This document shows positions 1 through 11,795 of a stretch of 64,000 bases of DNA, piece by piece. Position 1 is the stretch's first letter. Every line of letters begins with the position of its first letter. Made by a program: the position numbers and the translations under genes. A model generated the notes under the pieces. The model made no database searches, had not been told where the DNA came from, and was given only the letters and a program-made list of their open reading frames with translations. Source of the stretch: Negaprion brevirostris (lineage: Eukaryota); assembly GCA_030324005.1 (NCBI GenBank), contig JARDVH010000121.1, forward strand, positions 26,950,549 through 27,014,548, in the 5' to 3' direction.

Positions 1-376
1 AGGGGAATGCCACAAGAAATATGATGCAAACCTAAAACCCCTACTGGAAGAATTGAACCAGATTCAGATAAAATTGGATACAGCCCTCAGAACCTTCACC
101 AAAGTAATGCAGCAGACCAAAGAGGTGAAAAGGGAAATTTAAGAAATTAGTCATCTCATGGTGGAATGATCTTGGAACTGGGGCTCAAATATCCAACTCC
201 ATCCATTCAATTGCATAATGTCACACCTGGCAATATTACTGATTTTGTTCACCCTGGTATATCTAATCATCCTCACAGTCCAATTTAGCCGATGGATAAA
301 GAGGATCACCCAGAGGCAGGATGTAGGGTTCGTCCTTGAATCATGGTCCCTTCTAATTCAGTACAGCAGTGTTTAG
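1..376 (+). pseudogene. Decayed env-like (TM subunit C-terminus) remnant of an LTR retroelement/ERV
   Basis: Translation from base 2 gives a heptad-like helix (LKPLLEELNQIQIKLDTALRTFTKVMQQTKEVKREI*). After frameshifts come a Trp-rich segment (SWWND/WNWG), a hydrophobic span (LAILLILFTLVYLIILTV) and a short tail ending at TAG ~376. Lies upstream of a PPT and LTR. Confidence 0.55.
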
Positions 377-677
377 AGGAAACCTGCCATTTGCACTAAT
401 GAACAGTTAGAAGTACTAATATCGAAACGTGCCTGGGATTCACAAATACTTTGTAATGTTTGAATGTTTTGGTTTGTAATTGGCGTATTGTAACAATGGT
501 GTTTAGAATATGTGGTTGTTTGTATCTGTAGAGTGTTGCCATCTTTAGCTTCTGGAAATAAATATGCTGTAGGGATGTATTACTGTACATGAAAATGTCT
601 GGGCCTTGCTTGACTGTTGAGCGACAGGGGAATTCCTGACACATATTGGTGTTGAGTTTGTGATCGCATTCAAGGTC

Positions 678-1540
678 AACAGGAGGGACTGTGGCCAAAC
701 AGGCCACCTAAAATGGCGATTTACAGAGCATGCTGGGATAATTGGGCAACAACTGAAACAGCAGGCTGCAGCTTAAAAGGCAGAGATAAATCTGCTGCAG
801 TTTAGATGACTCAATACACAGGATATGGGCCATCTCTAGGACAAAAGGGAACTTTCTGGTCAAACTGGATTGTTTACCAGACATAGGGGCACCTTAACCC
901 TTTATATGGGAGGGAGGTGTGTGTCCCACATGCTGCCAGCACCTACAGACATGGTCGCTGGGGACACACCCAGAGATTAGTGTGGCAGCACCGAATTGAA
1001 CTTTATCGATCAAGGAGATCAAGTCTTGATTGATTGGCAATGGTCAAAAGTGGCGTGAAAACCAACGGGGTATAAAAGGTGCTGTGCAACAAAAGAATCT
1101 CTCTTTCTGACCCCACGAACAAGCAACAACAGTGACCATCATCAGCAACGACTAGCACAACAGTGACCATCATCAGCAACGACTAGCACGAGGACAACCA
1201 CCACACCCAAGGAAGGAAGGAAGACCAGAGCCAGAGTATTAGACCAGACCAAAGGACTATAGAGGCCAGCACACAGATGAAGGCCAATATCTGCCTGGAT
1301 ACTTGCCAGTCACGCAAAAGTTAAGTCAAAGTCGAGTATTGGACTTGAACTTTAATATTTCTGTAAGATAGCTTATTGTTGGTTGTGTGGGTGATTATTG
1401 ATTGTGTGTTTAAATAAATGTTGTTGTACTAACAAGTCGTCTACTCGCAATTCTTTGTCCACCATATACAGGTTAAAACAGACTGTGTGGCAGGCACAAC
1501 ATCAAATATAAGCGTGATACTAAAAGAAACAAGAACACAA
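678..1540 (+). mobile_element. Polypurine tract plus 3' LTR of the env-bearing element
   Basis: AACAGGAGGGA(C) at 678-689 is followed directly by TGTGG at 690. Also a YY1-like AAAATGGCG ~710, TATAAAA at 1071 and AATAAA ~1413. The end is at a CA, either ~1501 or ~1539 (uncertain). Confidence 0.65.
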
Positions 1541-2207
1541 ATTGCTAACAAAAAGCAGAATAACTTTATTAAAGCCCACAAGAGGCAAAAAAAATCACCT
1601 TTGTCTATCTGGAGACATCATCTCACATGAAAAGCTTTTTTTAAAAGAAATCTCAGATGCAATCCTGCTGCCAGGCAAAATCCCCTAGAGTTAAGCGCTG
1701 TAATTTATTGCAGCATACAATAAATTAATAGAAATTAATAGCAACTTGGACTGAATTGTGCTTAGTTCTGTGTTGTAGAGGGTATTAAAAATTTGGCTAA
1801 GACTAAGAAGTTAATTCACCCAACAATTCAGAGCAGGATAGGGACGCTTTCGCTTCACTGTGCTGATGGAAGAAAAAAATTGCAACCTACACCTGTATCC
1901 TTAAAAAAAAATGGTCTAAAAAATATACCTTTCAATTTGTTGGTAAAATGCTGCTGCAGTTTTCAAAGAATTAAAGAGTACATAATGGGATCCCATGAAA
2001 ATACATCATTAAATTAGGGATCTTGAAGGAAAGTGGTCAATTTTGACCAAATACATGTTTACCTACTGAAATTGCAGGCTTAGGTATATAAACACTCAAA
2101 TCACTTTTTTTGATGTTCACAACTATTTTTATTCACTGCTTTGTGGTTCATAAATATATTCTTCCACAGTCTATAGTTTTCTCCAAACAGCACTGTAGAC
2201 TGTTTTG

Positions 2208-2316
2208 CTAATTACTGCCCTGAGTTAAATTCTTCACTTTGTCCATGTTGTGCTCAATTGCTCCACTTAGAAACTGCAACCAGCTGTTCTCCGATTCAGG
2301 GCACATGTGACTAGAC
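2208..2316 (-). CDS. CCNDBP1: CCNDBP1 coding exon 11 (last): (K)SSHMCPESENSWLQFLSGAIEHNMDKVKNLTQGSN*
   Basis: Acceptor ctttctttgtacag at 2317; phase 2 matches exon 10; resembles the recalled human C-terminus (SHVTPQPEDSWIPLLINAIDHCMNRIKELTQ). AATAAA candidates on the minus strand at 2128-2133, 1704-1709 and 1565-1570. Confidence 0.93.
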
Positions 2317-5081
2317 CTGTACAAAGAAAGAGAGAAAGTTGTTCTTGAAATTGCTGAATGCAATGCAGAAATGTACATATGTGCAGATTGCTTGTATATC
2401 CCAGTTTCAAAACTGTCACTGGTCAATTAAATAGTTTATCAATGTGGTATGATCACAGAGCCGGATGACTATGTAACACTTAAGACTAAGTAGCTACAGG
2501 GCTGCCATATGCTGATTTTACACTGCTGCCATTAGTTTCAAAATCACGCTTACTATTCAATTCTACTATTTCCAATTCTTCAATGCGGAGCAGAATTTTG
2601 TACATGAACATGCAGAGCTCATCCCTCAGTGACATTTGGGCAGCAGATGAGATACAATCAATATTGTACAAATAAATGTGTCTGATTTCAAGTTTGCAGA
2701 ATGTCCAAAGGGCTCACCTGAGTACCTTTGATATTCATAATACAGTAACTTTAGGCTTCACAAATGGTGTGAACCTAACAAACTTGATTAGGGATTAGGG
2801 ATAGACTAAACCACAATAGCATGAAAATGCAAAATTAGGCACAGCCTCATGTGTTGACTTAAAAGATTTCAAGGTGAGAGTTTGGTGTCCTTGGAAACCA
2901 TCCGTTAGTCCTATTGCCCAGTTCTGCTGTGCATTATATTCCACAGATTTTCCTAATATCTTACCAAAACTTCAATCAATCAGCAGAAATATTGGAGAAA
3001 TGATCTTACGAGATCCAGAAACCTTCTGAGAAATTCTACCCACAAAGTCAAAAGAGTTGCTGAGTCGTAACCATTGCTCTTCACCCTGAACTAGTTTCAT
3101 TTTTTTAATATATATATAGAAAATGTTGGAACTGCTCAGGTTTGGCTGTATCTGTGGAGAGAGAAATAAAATTTCATGTGCACAGTTACTGCCAGACCTG
3201 AGTATTTACAATATTTTCTGTTTGTACTTCAGATTTCCACATCTGTAGTGTTTTGCTTTTGGTATTAGTGATATACTTTAGCAGCCTCTTCTATTACATT
3301 ATGAGGGTTATTTTAAATATCAGTCGACAAGATGGCACAGCAAATAACAGGTTGCATTGCATGTTCTTATTCATGAGAATGTAGGTGTGTGAGCTGTTGC
3401 TGAATTTTTTTTTCCATTCTGAATTAAATAAATTACCCTCCAAGAACCCTTAGATAGCTCCTTCCAAACCCATGACCGCTGCCAACTAGAAGGACAAGGG
3501 CAACAGAAAAATCGGTACACCACCACTTGACCATCTGCTCCAAGCCATTCATCAACCTGACTTGAAAATACAAACACCATTCCTTCACAATCAACATCCT
3601 GGAACTCGCTCCCTAACAGCACTGCAAGTGACCTTGCACAACAGGGACTGCAAAGGTTCAAGGCAGTGACCCACAACTACCTTCACAATTAGGGATGGGC
3701 AGTAAATGCTGACATAGCCAGCGCTGCCCACATCCCTTAAATTTTAAAAACATTTCACATTATCAAGAATTTCCACCATCAGGAATCAAATGAATTAAGA
3801 CTAAACTTAAGTGCTCCTTCAGCCACTCTATTCCCACTTTCTCAAAGTCCCTGAGCACATCACTTTCTCCCTGCTTTCAAAATTTCCAGAATGCCCCCCA
3901 TTTGTTTGACCAGGCTTTTGCCTGTCTTTGTCTCCCCCAGTGATCTCTTTTGCATAAAATGAGCACTAAAGAGCAAAGTATTGTGGATGCTCAAATCTGA
4001 AAGAAAATAGAAAATGCTGGCAATATCCAGATGATCTGGCAGTATCTGTGGAAACACTTTGGTAATCAACATAGATTCTGACAAGCCTATTGAGTATTTT
4101 CAGCATTTTCTGCCTTCATTGTAAAATGCAAATTGTTAGGCTGAAGGCTGTTTGCGTAATTACATTCAAGACAAAGGTAGAACGGGGGGATGCAGCTATG
4201 CAGTTAAAATTTAGGGAGCTAGGTAGGACCTCAAAAAGTAGTAATCTCCGGATTACTCCCAGTACCCCACAAACACGTGAGTATAAAAACAGGAGGATAA
4301 AGCAGATGAATATGTAGATGGAAAGAGTGGATTAAGTTCTGGGAAGATGGAGCTTGTATAGGTTCGCTGAGATGCACCTAGCAAGTGGAACAAATTTCAT
4401 TGGGGCAACTTGCTGGTGCTATTGAGAAGGTTTAAACTAACTTGGCACGGGTATGGGAACCAGCAAGTAATACTAGAGAGGAGTACCAAGGGTACAGAAT
4501 ATTTGGAGAGACAACACAAGAATAGGAAATAGTGAGGTATTAGGTGGGTTCAACAAAGGAGCTGAGTAATAAAGTCTAAGGTAGGGTTAGTCTACATAAT
4601 TGTGAACATGCAGAGTTCCAGTTGTAAATAAGATTGGTGAGTTGCAGATAGTCACAAGGAAATATGGGGGGTGTGATTCACCCATCCCACTGCACTGCTC
4701 TTGTAGTGCAGCAGATTGGGAGACCCTAGTAGAGACTGTTTCACGGGCTCCCCGGCCTCCACGTGTCCCCCAGCAGCGGATTTCCGGTGCCATCAGCTCC
4801 ACTCCAGAAATAGGCATGGAGCTGCCTAATGTATTCAAACTCTAATTTAAATATAATTAAATATAAATAGCATTAGCAGGCCTGGGGACTGAAGTCCAAA
4901 GGGTCAGGCACCCAGGGTGGTGCCCCTTTGGTACTGCCTTGGCAGTGCCAGCCTGGGTCCCCTGCCCAAGGGGCAAAGTGTCAATGCCCAGGGGCATCTT
5001 GCCACTGCCCACCAGGCATTGAGCTGTGGGGGAGCGCAGGAGATCGAGGAAAGCCAGGAGAGGGGTGTTGGGGGGGGGGAG

Positions 5082-5626
5082 GGGGTTCAGGGTGCGGGTG
5101 CGGGGTTCAGGGTGCGGGTACGGGGTTCAGGGTGCGGGGTTCAGGGTGCGGGTACGGGGTTCAGGGTGCGGGGTTCAGGGTGCGGGGTTCAGGGTGCGGG
5201 GTTCAGGGTGCGGGGTTCAGGGTGCGGGTACGGGGTTCAGGGTGCCGGTACGGGGTTCAGGGTGCGGGTGCGGGGTTCAGGGTGCGGGTACGGGGTTCAG
5301 GGTGCGGGGTTCAGGGTGCGGGGTTCAGGGTGCGGGTGCGGGGTTCAGGGTGCGGGTACGGGGTTCAGGGTGCGGGTACGGGGTTCAGGGTGCGGGGTTC
5401 AGGGTGCGGGGTTCAGGGTGCGGGTAGGGGGTTCAGGGTGCGGGTGCGGGGTTCAGGGTGCGGGTAGGGGGTTCAGGGTGCGGGTACGGGGTTCAGGGTG
5501 CGGGGTTCAGGGTGCGGGTGCGGGGTTCAGGGTGCGGGTACGGGGTTCAGGGTGCGGGGTTCAGGGTGCGGGTAGGGGGTTCAGGGTGCGGGGTTCAGGG
5601 TGCGGGTGCGGGGTTCAGGGTGCGGG
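5082..5626 (+). repeat. G-rich minisatellite GGGGTTCAGGGTGC +/- GGGT(A/G)(C/G), running into a gap
   Basis: Directly visible 14/20-bp modular tandem array; it explains the four spurious repetitive ORFs at 4917-5859. Confidence 0.97.
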
Positions 5627-6443
5627 NNNNNNNNNNNNNNNNNNNNNNNNNNNNNNNNNNNNNNNNNNNNNNNNNNNNNNNNNNNNNNNNNNNNNNNNNN
5701 NNNNNNNNNNNNNNNNNNNNNNNNNNCAGCCATGATCTTATTGAATGGCAGGGCAGGCTCGAGGGGCTAGATGGCCTACTCCTGCTCCTATTTCTTATGT
5801 TTTACTTCAAAGGACTAGGTATTAAATATCCCTGGATACAAACCTGGAGTATTGATTAAGGAAAACATTGCAATGCTGGAAAAAAAGAATGTCCCAAAGG
5901 GGTCAAGGACATAATCTGTTTGACTAGGGGCAAGGAATAAAAATGGTGCACTATCATTGCTTCATCTAGCCTGTAGGCCAGCAACTAGTGGGAAAGATGT
6001 TGAGGAACCAATTTGCAAGTAAATTATAGAGTGCAAGAATTACAGAGTAGTTATAATGGGGGACTTCAATTATCTGAATATAGACTGGGACAGTAGTAGT
6101 GTAAAGAGCAAGAAGGCTAACAGTTCCTTGTGGGTGTTCAAGAGAACTTTCTACAGCAGTATGTGTCCAGGAGGTATTACTGGACCTGCTTCTTGGAATG
6201 AGAAGGGTCAAGTGGACTGTGTCAGTAGGGGTACATTTAGGGGACGTTGATCATTAAATCATAAGGTTTGGGTTGGCTATAGAAAAGGACAAGGAATAAT
6301 CCAGAGGAAGAATAATTAATTGGAGGAAAGTCAACTTCAATGGGGTAAGAATGGACTTGGTAAACTGGAATCAAAGACTGGCAGGGAACTGCCCTGAACA
6401 ATTGGATGCCTATAAATACAGCCTGGGTACAGTTTAGGGGGAC

Positions 6444-6733
6444 GCAGTAGCATAGTAACATTGTTCCTGAACTGGTAATTCAGAGATCTGGGGTAATGCT
6501 CTGGGACACAGTTTCAAATCCCTCCATGAAACCATTGTCGATTGTCACAAAAAACCATCTAGTTCACTAATGTCCTCTCAGGAAGGAAATCTGCTGTCCT
6601 CACCTGGCTTGCATGCAACTCCAGAACCACAGCAACGGGCTAACTCTCAAATGCCCTCTGAAATAACCTAGCAATCCAGTCAGTTCAATGGCAATTAGGG
6701 ATGGGCAACAAATACCAGCCAGTGATGCCAACA
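6444..6733 (+). mobile_element. tRNA-derived shark SINE (called family B here; tail GGGCAATTAGGGATGGGCAAYAAATGC)
   Basis: The same sequence recurs at ~8882-9480(-), 16975-17330(-), 19045-19338(+), 48345-48715(+) and 59962-60315(-). Its tail is shared with LINE fragments such as 3430-3750. Confidence 0.7.
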
Positions 6734-7993
6734 AAGATGGGAATATGGGAAACAAATCCAGAGCTCCTTGGATGACAAAAATAATAGAAATTATGAAGCA
6801 GAAAAAATGTGCTTACAACAGTAGCGTAACTGAAAACTAGCCAGAATATAGAAGGTTCAATGGAGAATTGAGAAGCAAATAAGAGAAGCAAGTGAGTGAT
6901 AATAAACTGACAGCTAACATGAAAAGAAATCTAAAAGTTTATACATTGGTGTATAAATATTAAATAAAGTGATAGAATGATGAGTGTGAACAATTGGGGA
7001 CAAAAAGGAATCAGGAGCATGGCTGTGGTACTAATTTAATACTTTGCATGTGTCTTTACCAAGAAAGATGCTGCTGACTAGGTCTTAGTGAAGAGGAGAT
7101 AGTTTAGACCCCTAAACAGTTAAAATTGATAGAGGCAGATTTAGATAGGCTGCCTGTGCTTAAAATGTAAAAGGAATCATCCTTGGAGAAAAGAGGTTGA
7201 AAGGAGATTTGATGGAAGCATTTAAATCATGAGGAGTCTGATCAGAGCAGACAAGGGGAAATTGCTCCTACTGATAGAAACATCAAGAACCAGAGGACAC
7301 AGATTTAAAGGGATTGGCAAACAAGCAACGGCAGCACAAGAAAAAAACCTCTCTCTGCAGTGTTTGCTCAAAATCTGGAAAGTACTGTCTTAGAATGTTG
7401 TGGATGCAGGTTCAAACATGGAATTCAAAAGTATCATTATTTAAAAAGGAAAAATGTGCAGGACTACAGGGAAAAAAGCAGTTAAGAGTTACTAGACGAA
7501 TTTCTCCTGCAAAGGGCCAACATGGACACACAGGCTGAGCAGCCTTCTTTTGTGCCAGAACCATTCTATGATTCCACAACTACATTCCCTAATGAACACG
7601 TGGGAAATATGAAAAAAAAATGCATACTGCTCATCCTTTAACTGTGAGACTTGTTCAAGTTAGCTCTAATTTCTTAACTAGAGTGCTTAAGTGCAGTAGG
7701 CATGCATGGACAGGAATTTGTTAATGTAATTGACACACTCAGATTTAGTGGAACATTTCTTTAATGCCAACTTACTCAAGCACCCACAGGTGAATTTTAC
7801 ATTATACATCCAATGCCTATTGGAGGATATGCTGGCAGGGACTCAAGTTGTTAACTAGCTAGCATTTCATTCTGGGAACTAAGGCATCATGAGNNNNNNN
7901 NNNNNNNNNNNNNNNNNNNNNNNNNNNNNNNNNNNNNNNNNNNNNNNNNNNNNNNNNNNNNNNNNNNNNNNNNNNNNNNNNNNNNNNNNNNNN

Positions 7994-8180
7994 TACCTCC
8001 TTCTCTACTCCTACTGAAGCATTTGAACCCCGGAACCTGCAACAACCATTCCTGACCCTGCTCTAACCATGTCTCTGAAATGGCCACAACATCAAAGTCC
8101 CAGGTACTGATCCACGCTGCAAGTTCATCTACTTTATTGCGAATACTCCTCACATTAAAGTATACACATTTCAAACCCTG
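7994..8180 (-). mobile_element. CR1 LINE ORF2 APE endonuclease N-terminus (little decayed, next to a gap)
   Basis: ORF KCVYFNVRSIRNKVDEL...DVVAISETWL. Confidence 0.85.
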
Positions 8181-8700
8181 CTCCGCTTCACCCCCACGAT
8201 GCCGTGCATTGCAGTCCCCATTTGTAGGGTAAATGGAGTTCGATCATGGCCAATTTGCATTCGATCTCATCGTATGGTGGAAAAGCCTTGAGGTATGAAA
8301 CAACCAAATTCTGTTTCTATGTCGATGTGATGTGTGTCAGGCCAGAGATTATTTGAACAGGTACAAATGTAGTTGGATTTGGAGAACAAAATGACACTCC
8401 CACCACCTAGTGGTAGGTAGTGCTCAACTACAAAATCAAGAACATGGTCTATTCCAGAATGCTCCTAATTTTATTTTTTCAGTTTGTGTTAGACTCCTAT
8501 TTCCAATTTTAAACACCACACATAGTTCATGTCTGAAGGTATCTGTAGTGACATGAAGATACAATATTTTGAGTGCCTTCTAATATTAGAGTAGAAAAAG
8601 TACCACACATTTAACTCAATTTTACAGAAACTACGAAGTTATGGGCATGTCAAAATGAGAATATGGTAGGTAAAATTTATCAGTAATTCATTTAACTCAC

Positions 8701-8747
8701 TTGGTTATTTCCAGAACTTTGTTGAGGACCGAAGCAACCTTTGCAGC
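8701..8747 (-). CDS. CCNDBP1: CCNDBP1 coding exon 10: AAKVASVLNKVLEIT(K)
   Basis: tttcag acceptor, GTGAGT donor, 47 nt; resembles human SAKLVSVLKKALEITK. Confidence 0.93.
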
Positions 8748-9064
8748 CTGAAACAAATAAGCATTTTAATTACTGAAAATCATTCAGCAAAATACTTTAG
8801 CAACATCTGGAAATTAAAATTGTGGTTTTCTACTGATTATGAGAGGATCGAATATATCATGGGATGCAAAAAATTTTTTTTTTTTATTATTCATTCGTGG
8901 GACATGGACGTCGCTGGCTGGCCAGCATTTATTGCCTATCCCTAGCTGCCCTTATTCAGAGGGTGGTTGAGAGTCAACCACATTGCTGTGGCTCTGTAGT
9001 TACATGTAGGCCTGACCAGGTAAGATTTCTTTCCTAAAGGCCATTAGTTTTTCCAACAATCAAA

Positions 9065-9348
9065 AGTTTAAAATTTATTTATTAGTCAGAAGTAAGGCTT
9101 ACATTAACACCACAATGAAGTTACTGTGAAATTCCCCTAGTCACCACAGTCCAGCGCCTTTTTGGATCAATGCACCTAACCAGCGCATCTTGTAGAATGT
9201 GGGAGGAAACAGGAGCATCCAGAGGAAACCCACACAGACACAGGGAGAACATGCAAACTCCACACAGACAGTGACCCAAGCCAGGAGTCAAACTCGGGTC
9301 CCTGGTGCTGTGAAGTAGTAGTGCTAACCACTGTGCCACCATGCCGCC
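9065..9348 (-). mobile_element. HE1-like V-SINE, nested in a family-B SINE
   Basis: tRNA-like head GGCACAGTGGTTAGCACT...GACCCGAGTTTGACTCC and V-domain-like GAGTTTGCATGTTCTCCC. Confidence 0.85.
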
Positions 9349-10240
9349 TCAATGGTTTTGTAATTCCAGATTTTTTTTTAAATGAATTCAAATTCCACCA
9401 TCTGCTGTGGCAGGATTTGAACCCTGGTCCCCAGAACATTAGCTGAATATCTGGATGAAAAGCCTAGTGATACCACTAGGCCATGGTCTCCAAGTAATGT
9501 CAGGAGACAGTTTGTAAGTTCTCTTAGGAGACAAGAAACGAACAACAGAGAGGTGGGGCTGATTAAGTATTTTAGGTTTTACTTACTTTTGGGGATTGGG
9601 AGNNNNNNNNNNCCTTTCACTTCAAGAAAATAACTGAGGGAGGTATATCTGAGTATATATGGCCTGATTGAGTTAATAGCCTTTGTTCAGTCTAATTGTT
9701 TATCATATGTCCAGGTGCACCATACAGGGTATTTATCTTTTATAATCCGGTCAAAACAGTGCATCAGCATTCTACCCACTGTATACTATAGCATACCATG
9801 CCTCAAATTTCCACACAACTAATTTCCTGGTCAGCCCAGCAGTGACAGAGCAGACAGAAGGTACACACTCAAAATGAGAAGCGCTGTGAAAAAAAACAAC
9901 AGCTTATGGGTAACTCAGTGTGATCTGCACATTTGTTAGCAGATGCCTTGTTCACTAAAAATGAATTGTTCAGGAAAGAAACAGCTCTTAAAACAAATGG
10001 AATTGCACACCCAGCAGGCATATGGGATTACAATACTGAGGACTACAAGTTCTAATATATACCAATTCAATTATATTTCTGCAAAAGGTACAGTGCATGT
10101 ACCTGGAGTCAATTTACACCACACCAATAGTAATCCAAACTGTAGAACAATAAACAGCACCATCTTGCTATTCTCACAACATTCCTGAACCAAGCATAAT
10201 ACAGTCCAATACCACTAGAAGGTAGATGGGAAGTACTCAC

Positions 10241-10301
10241 ATTCATTTGCACAGTCATATAGTTCATCGGAGGATAAAGACTTAAGACCAATTCGTCAAC
10301 G
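10241..10301 (-). CDS. CCNDBP1: CCNDBP1 coding exon 9: (C)VDELVLSLYPPMNYMTVQMN
   Basis: tttctccag acceptor, GTGAGT donor, 61 nt; resembles human VDDLALSIYPPMCHLTVRIN. Confidence 0.95.
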
Positions 10302-10847
10302 CTGGAGAAAGAAAGCAACAACTTTACCAACAGTGTCTTCAAACGTACAGTAGCTAAGGCAGTACAGAACTTAAGTACAGATAAAACGGTAATAAACATT
10401 TATAGGTGCATAGAAAGTGCAAAGCTTATTGGGAACTAATTAAAATAACTTCTTTTTTATGGCATCTAAACCAATTTGCATCCAATGAAGTATTTTTGAA
10501 CTATATGTCAGCAAATGTGGCAGCCAACTATCAAACAGAAATAAAGTAAATGGTTGGTTTTAGTCCTTTACAGGGTTAATGCTGGAGAGGACAAGAAAAG
10601 ATTTTCTTTAGTCTTCTTTGAATGTGCATGGGATCTCATTTCAGAATCTCAGTTTTAACATCTCGTAGAAAAGACAGTGCATTTCCTCTTAGCAATGCCC
10701 AATGATGCTTGGAACTGCAATTGCTCACAGAAGCTAATGCTTTGATTAAAAGGAAAATGAAACTTATCCCCCTGACCAATACCCCCCACAAATTCAAAAT
10801 GCTAAAATTGTAGGCAGGTTTTGATTCAGTAATAAAAATACACTCAC

Positions 10848-11098
10848 CATGGGCTAATTTCACTGGTAGTATCTCCCAAATCATCCAATTGTGTTATGTG
10901 TTGCAAGCTGTCCACCTTCCCATGAGTTTTCATAGCTCCAGAGACCTTTTTCAGACACGCTTTGGCTGCTTTCACTAATCCCAAGCAAGGAGCCATGACT
11001 TGCTTGTCTGTTTCTGACCAGTAAGTATCCCGATTTTCCCGTGAGTCTACATCATCAAGTATGTCACTGAATGGGTCTTGATTATCCGCATGTCGAGC
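10848..11098 (-). CDS. CCNDBP1: CCNDBP1 coding exon 8: ARHADNQDPFSDILDD...YWSETDKQVMAPCLGLVKAAKACLKK...QLDDLGDTTSEISP
   Basis: Within ORF 10844..11155; ggcag acceptor, GTGAGT donor, 251 nt; resembles human YWSEDDQELIIPCLALVRASKACLKK. Confidence 0.95.
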
Positions 11099-11499
11099 CT
11101 GCCAATTACAATTTTTGGAATTATCAGAAGAGATTGAACATCGTTCAATCACCACTATTCTTGACTTGCCAGCTGTTACAAATTTCAGTCCGTCTTATAA
11201 CTTGTCTGTTTCATCAAGCTGGCTCTTGCATGTTATATTCAGGAGTACACTCAAACTTGCCTTGTCTAATTTGAGACCTTATGATAATGCAATTAGAAGA
11301 CAAACCTGAATTCTGGTCCCTTTGTTTCACATCAAATGGCAAGAGGCATTTGCTAGGTTTGAACTCCTTTATTCACAGCTATCCTGTGACAAAGCAGCAT
11401 CCAACTAAGATGCTGGGCCCTTAAAGGCATGCCTAGCTGATCTAGTGCTCGCATAATACGGGATACCTAAAGACTTGTTGGATTTTCAGTGGCAAGCTG

Positions 11500-11795
11500 G
11501 CAGTGGTTAGAAGTGCTGCTTCATAGCGCGAGGGACCCGAATTCAATTCCAGCCTCAAGTCACTATCTGCGCAGTGTTTTCACATTCTCCCCAGCTTTCT
11601 CAGGGTGCTTGGGTTTCCTCTCAGTCCAAAGATATGCAGGTTAGGTTGATTGGCCATCTTAACTTAACCCTAGTGTCAGAGGGATTAGCAGGGTAAAAAT
11701 GCAGGGTTGCGGGAATACAAACTGGATGGGGTTGTGGTTGGTACAGACCCGATGGTCCGAATGGCTTTCTTCTGCACTGTAGGGATTCTATGATT
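11500..11795 (+). mobile_element. HE1-like V-SINE
   Basis: A/B-box-like head and CR1-like tail GCACTGTAGGGATTCTATGATT. Confidence 0.8.

Larger units (their letters stand above)
4140..7575 (+). mobile_element. Decayed CR1-type LINE (ORF1 esterase end, APE, 3' tail) interrupted by later insertions
   Basis: ISGLLP-like ORF1 remnant ~4240; VVIMGDFNYLNIDW (APE) ~6050; CR1-like tail ...ATTCTATGATTC ~7570. Confidence 0.65.

Noticed and set aside
4917-5859. Long Gly/Arg/Val/Cys-rich ORFs (up to 272 aa)
   Set aside because: They are translations of the stop-free G-rich minisatellite in several frames and run into an N gap; not protein-coding.
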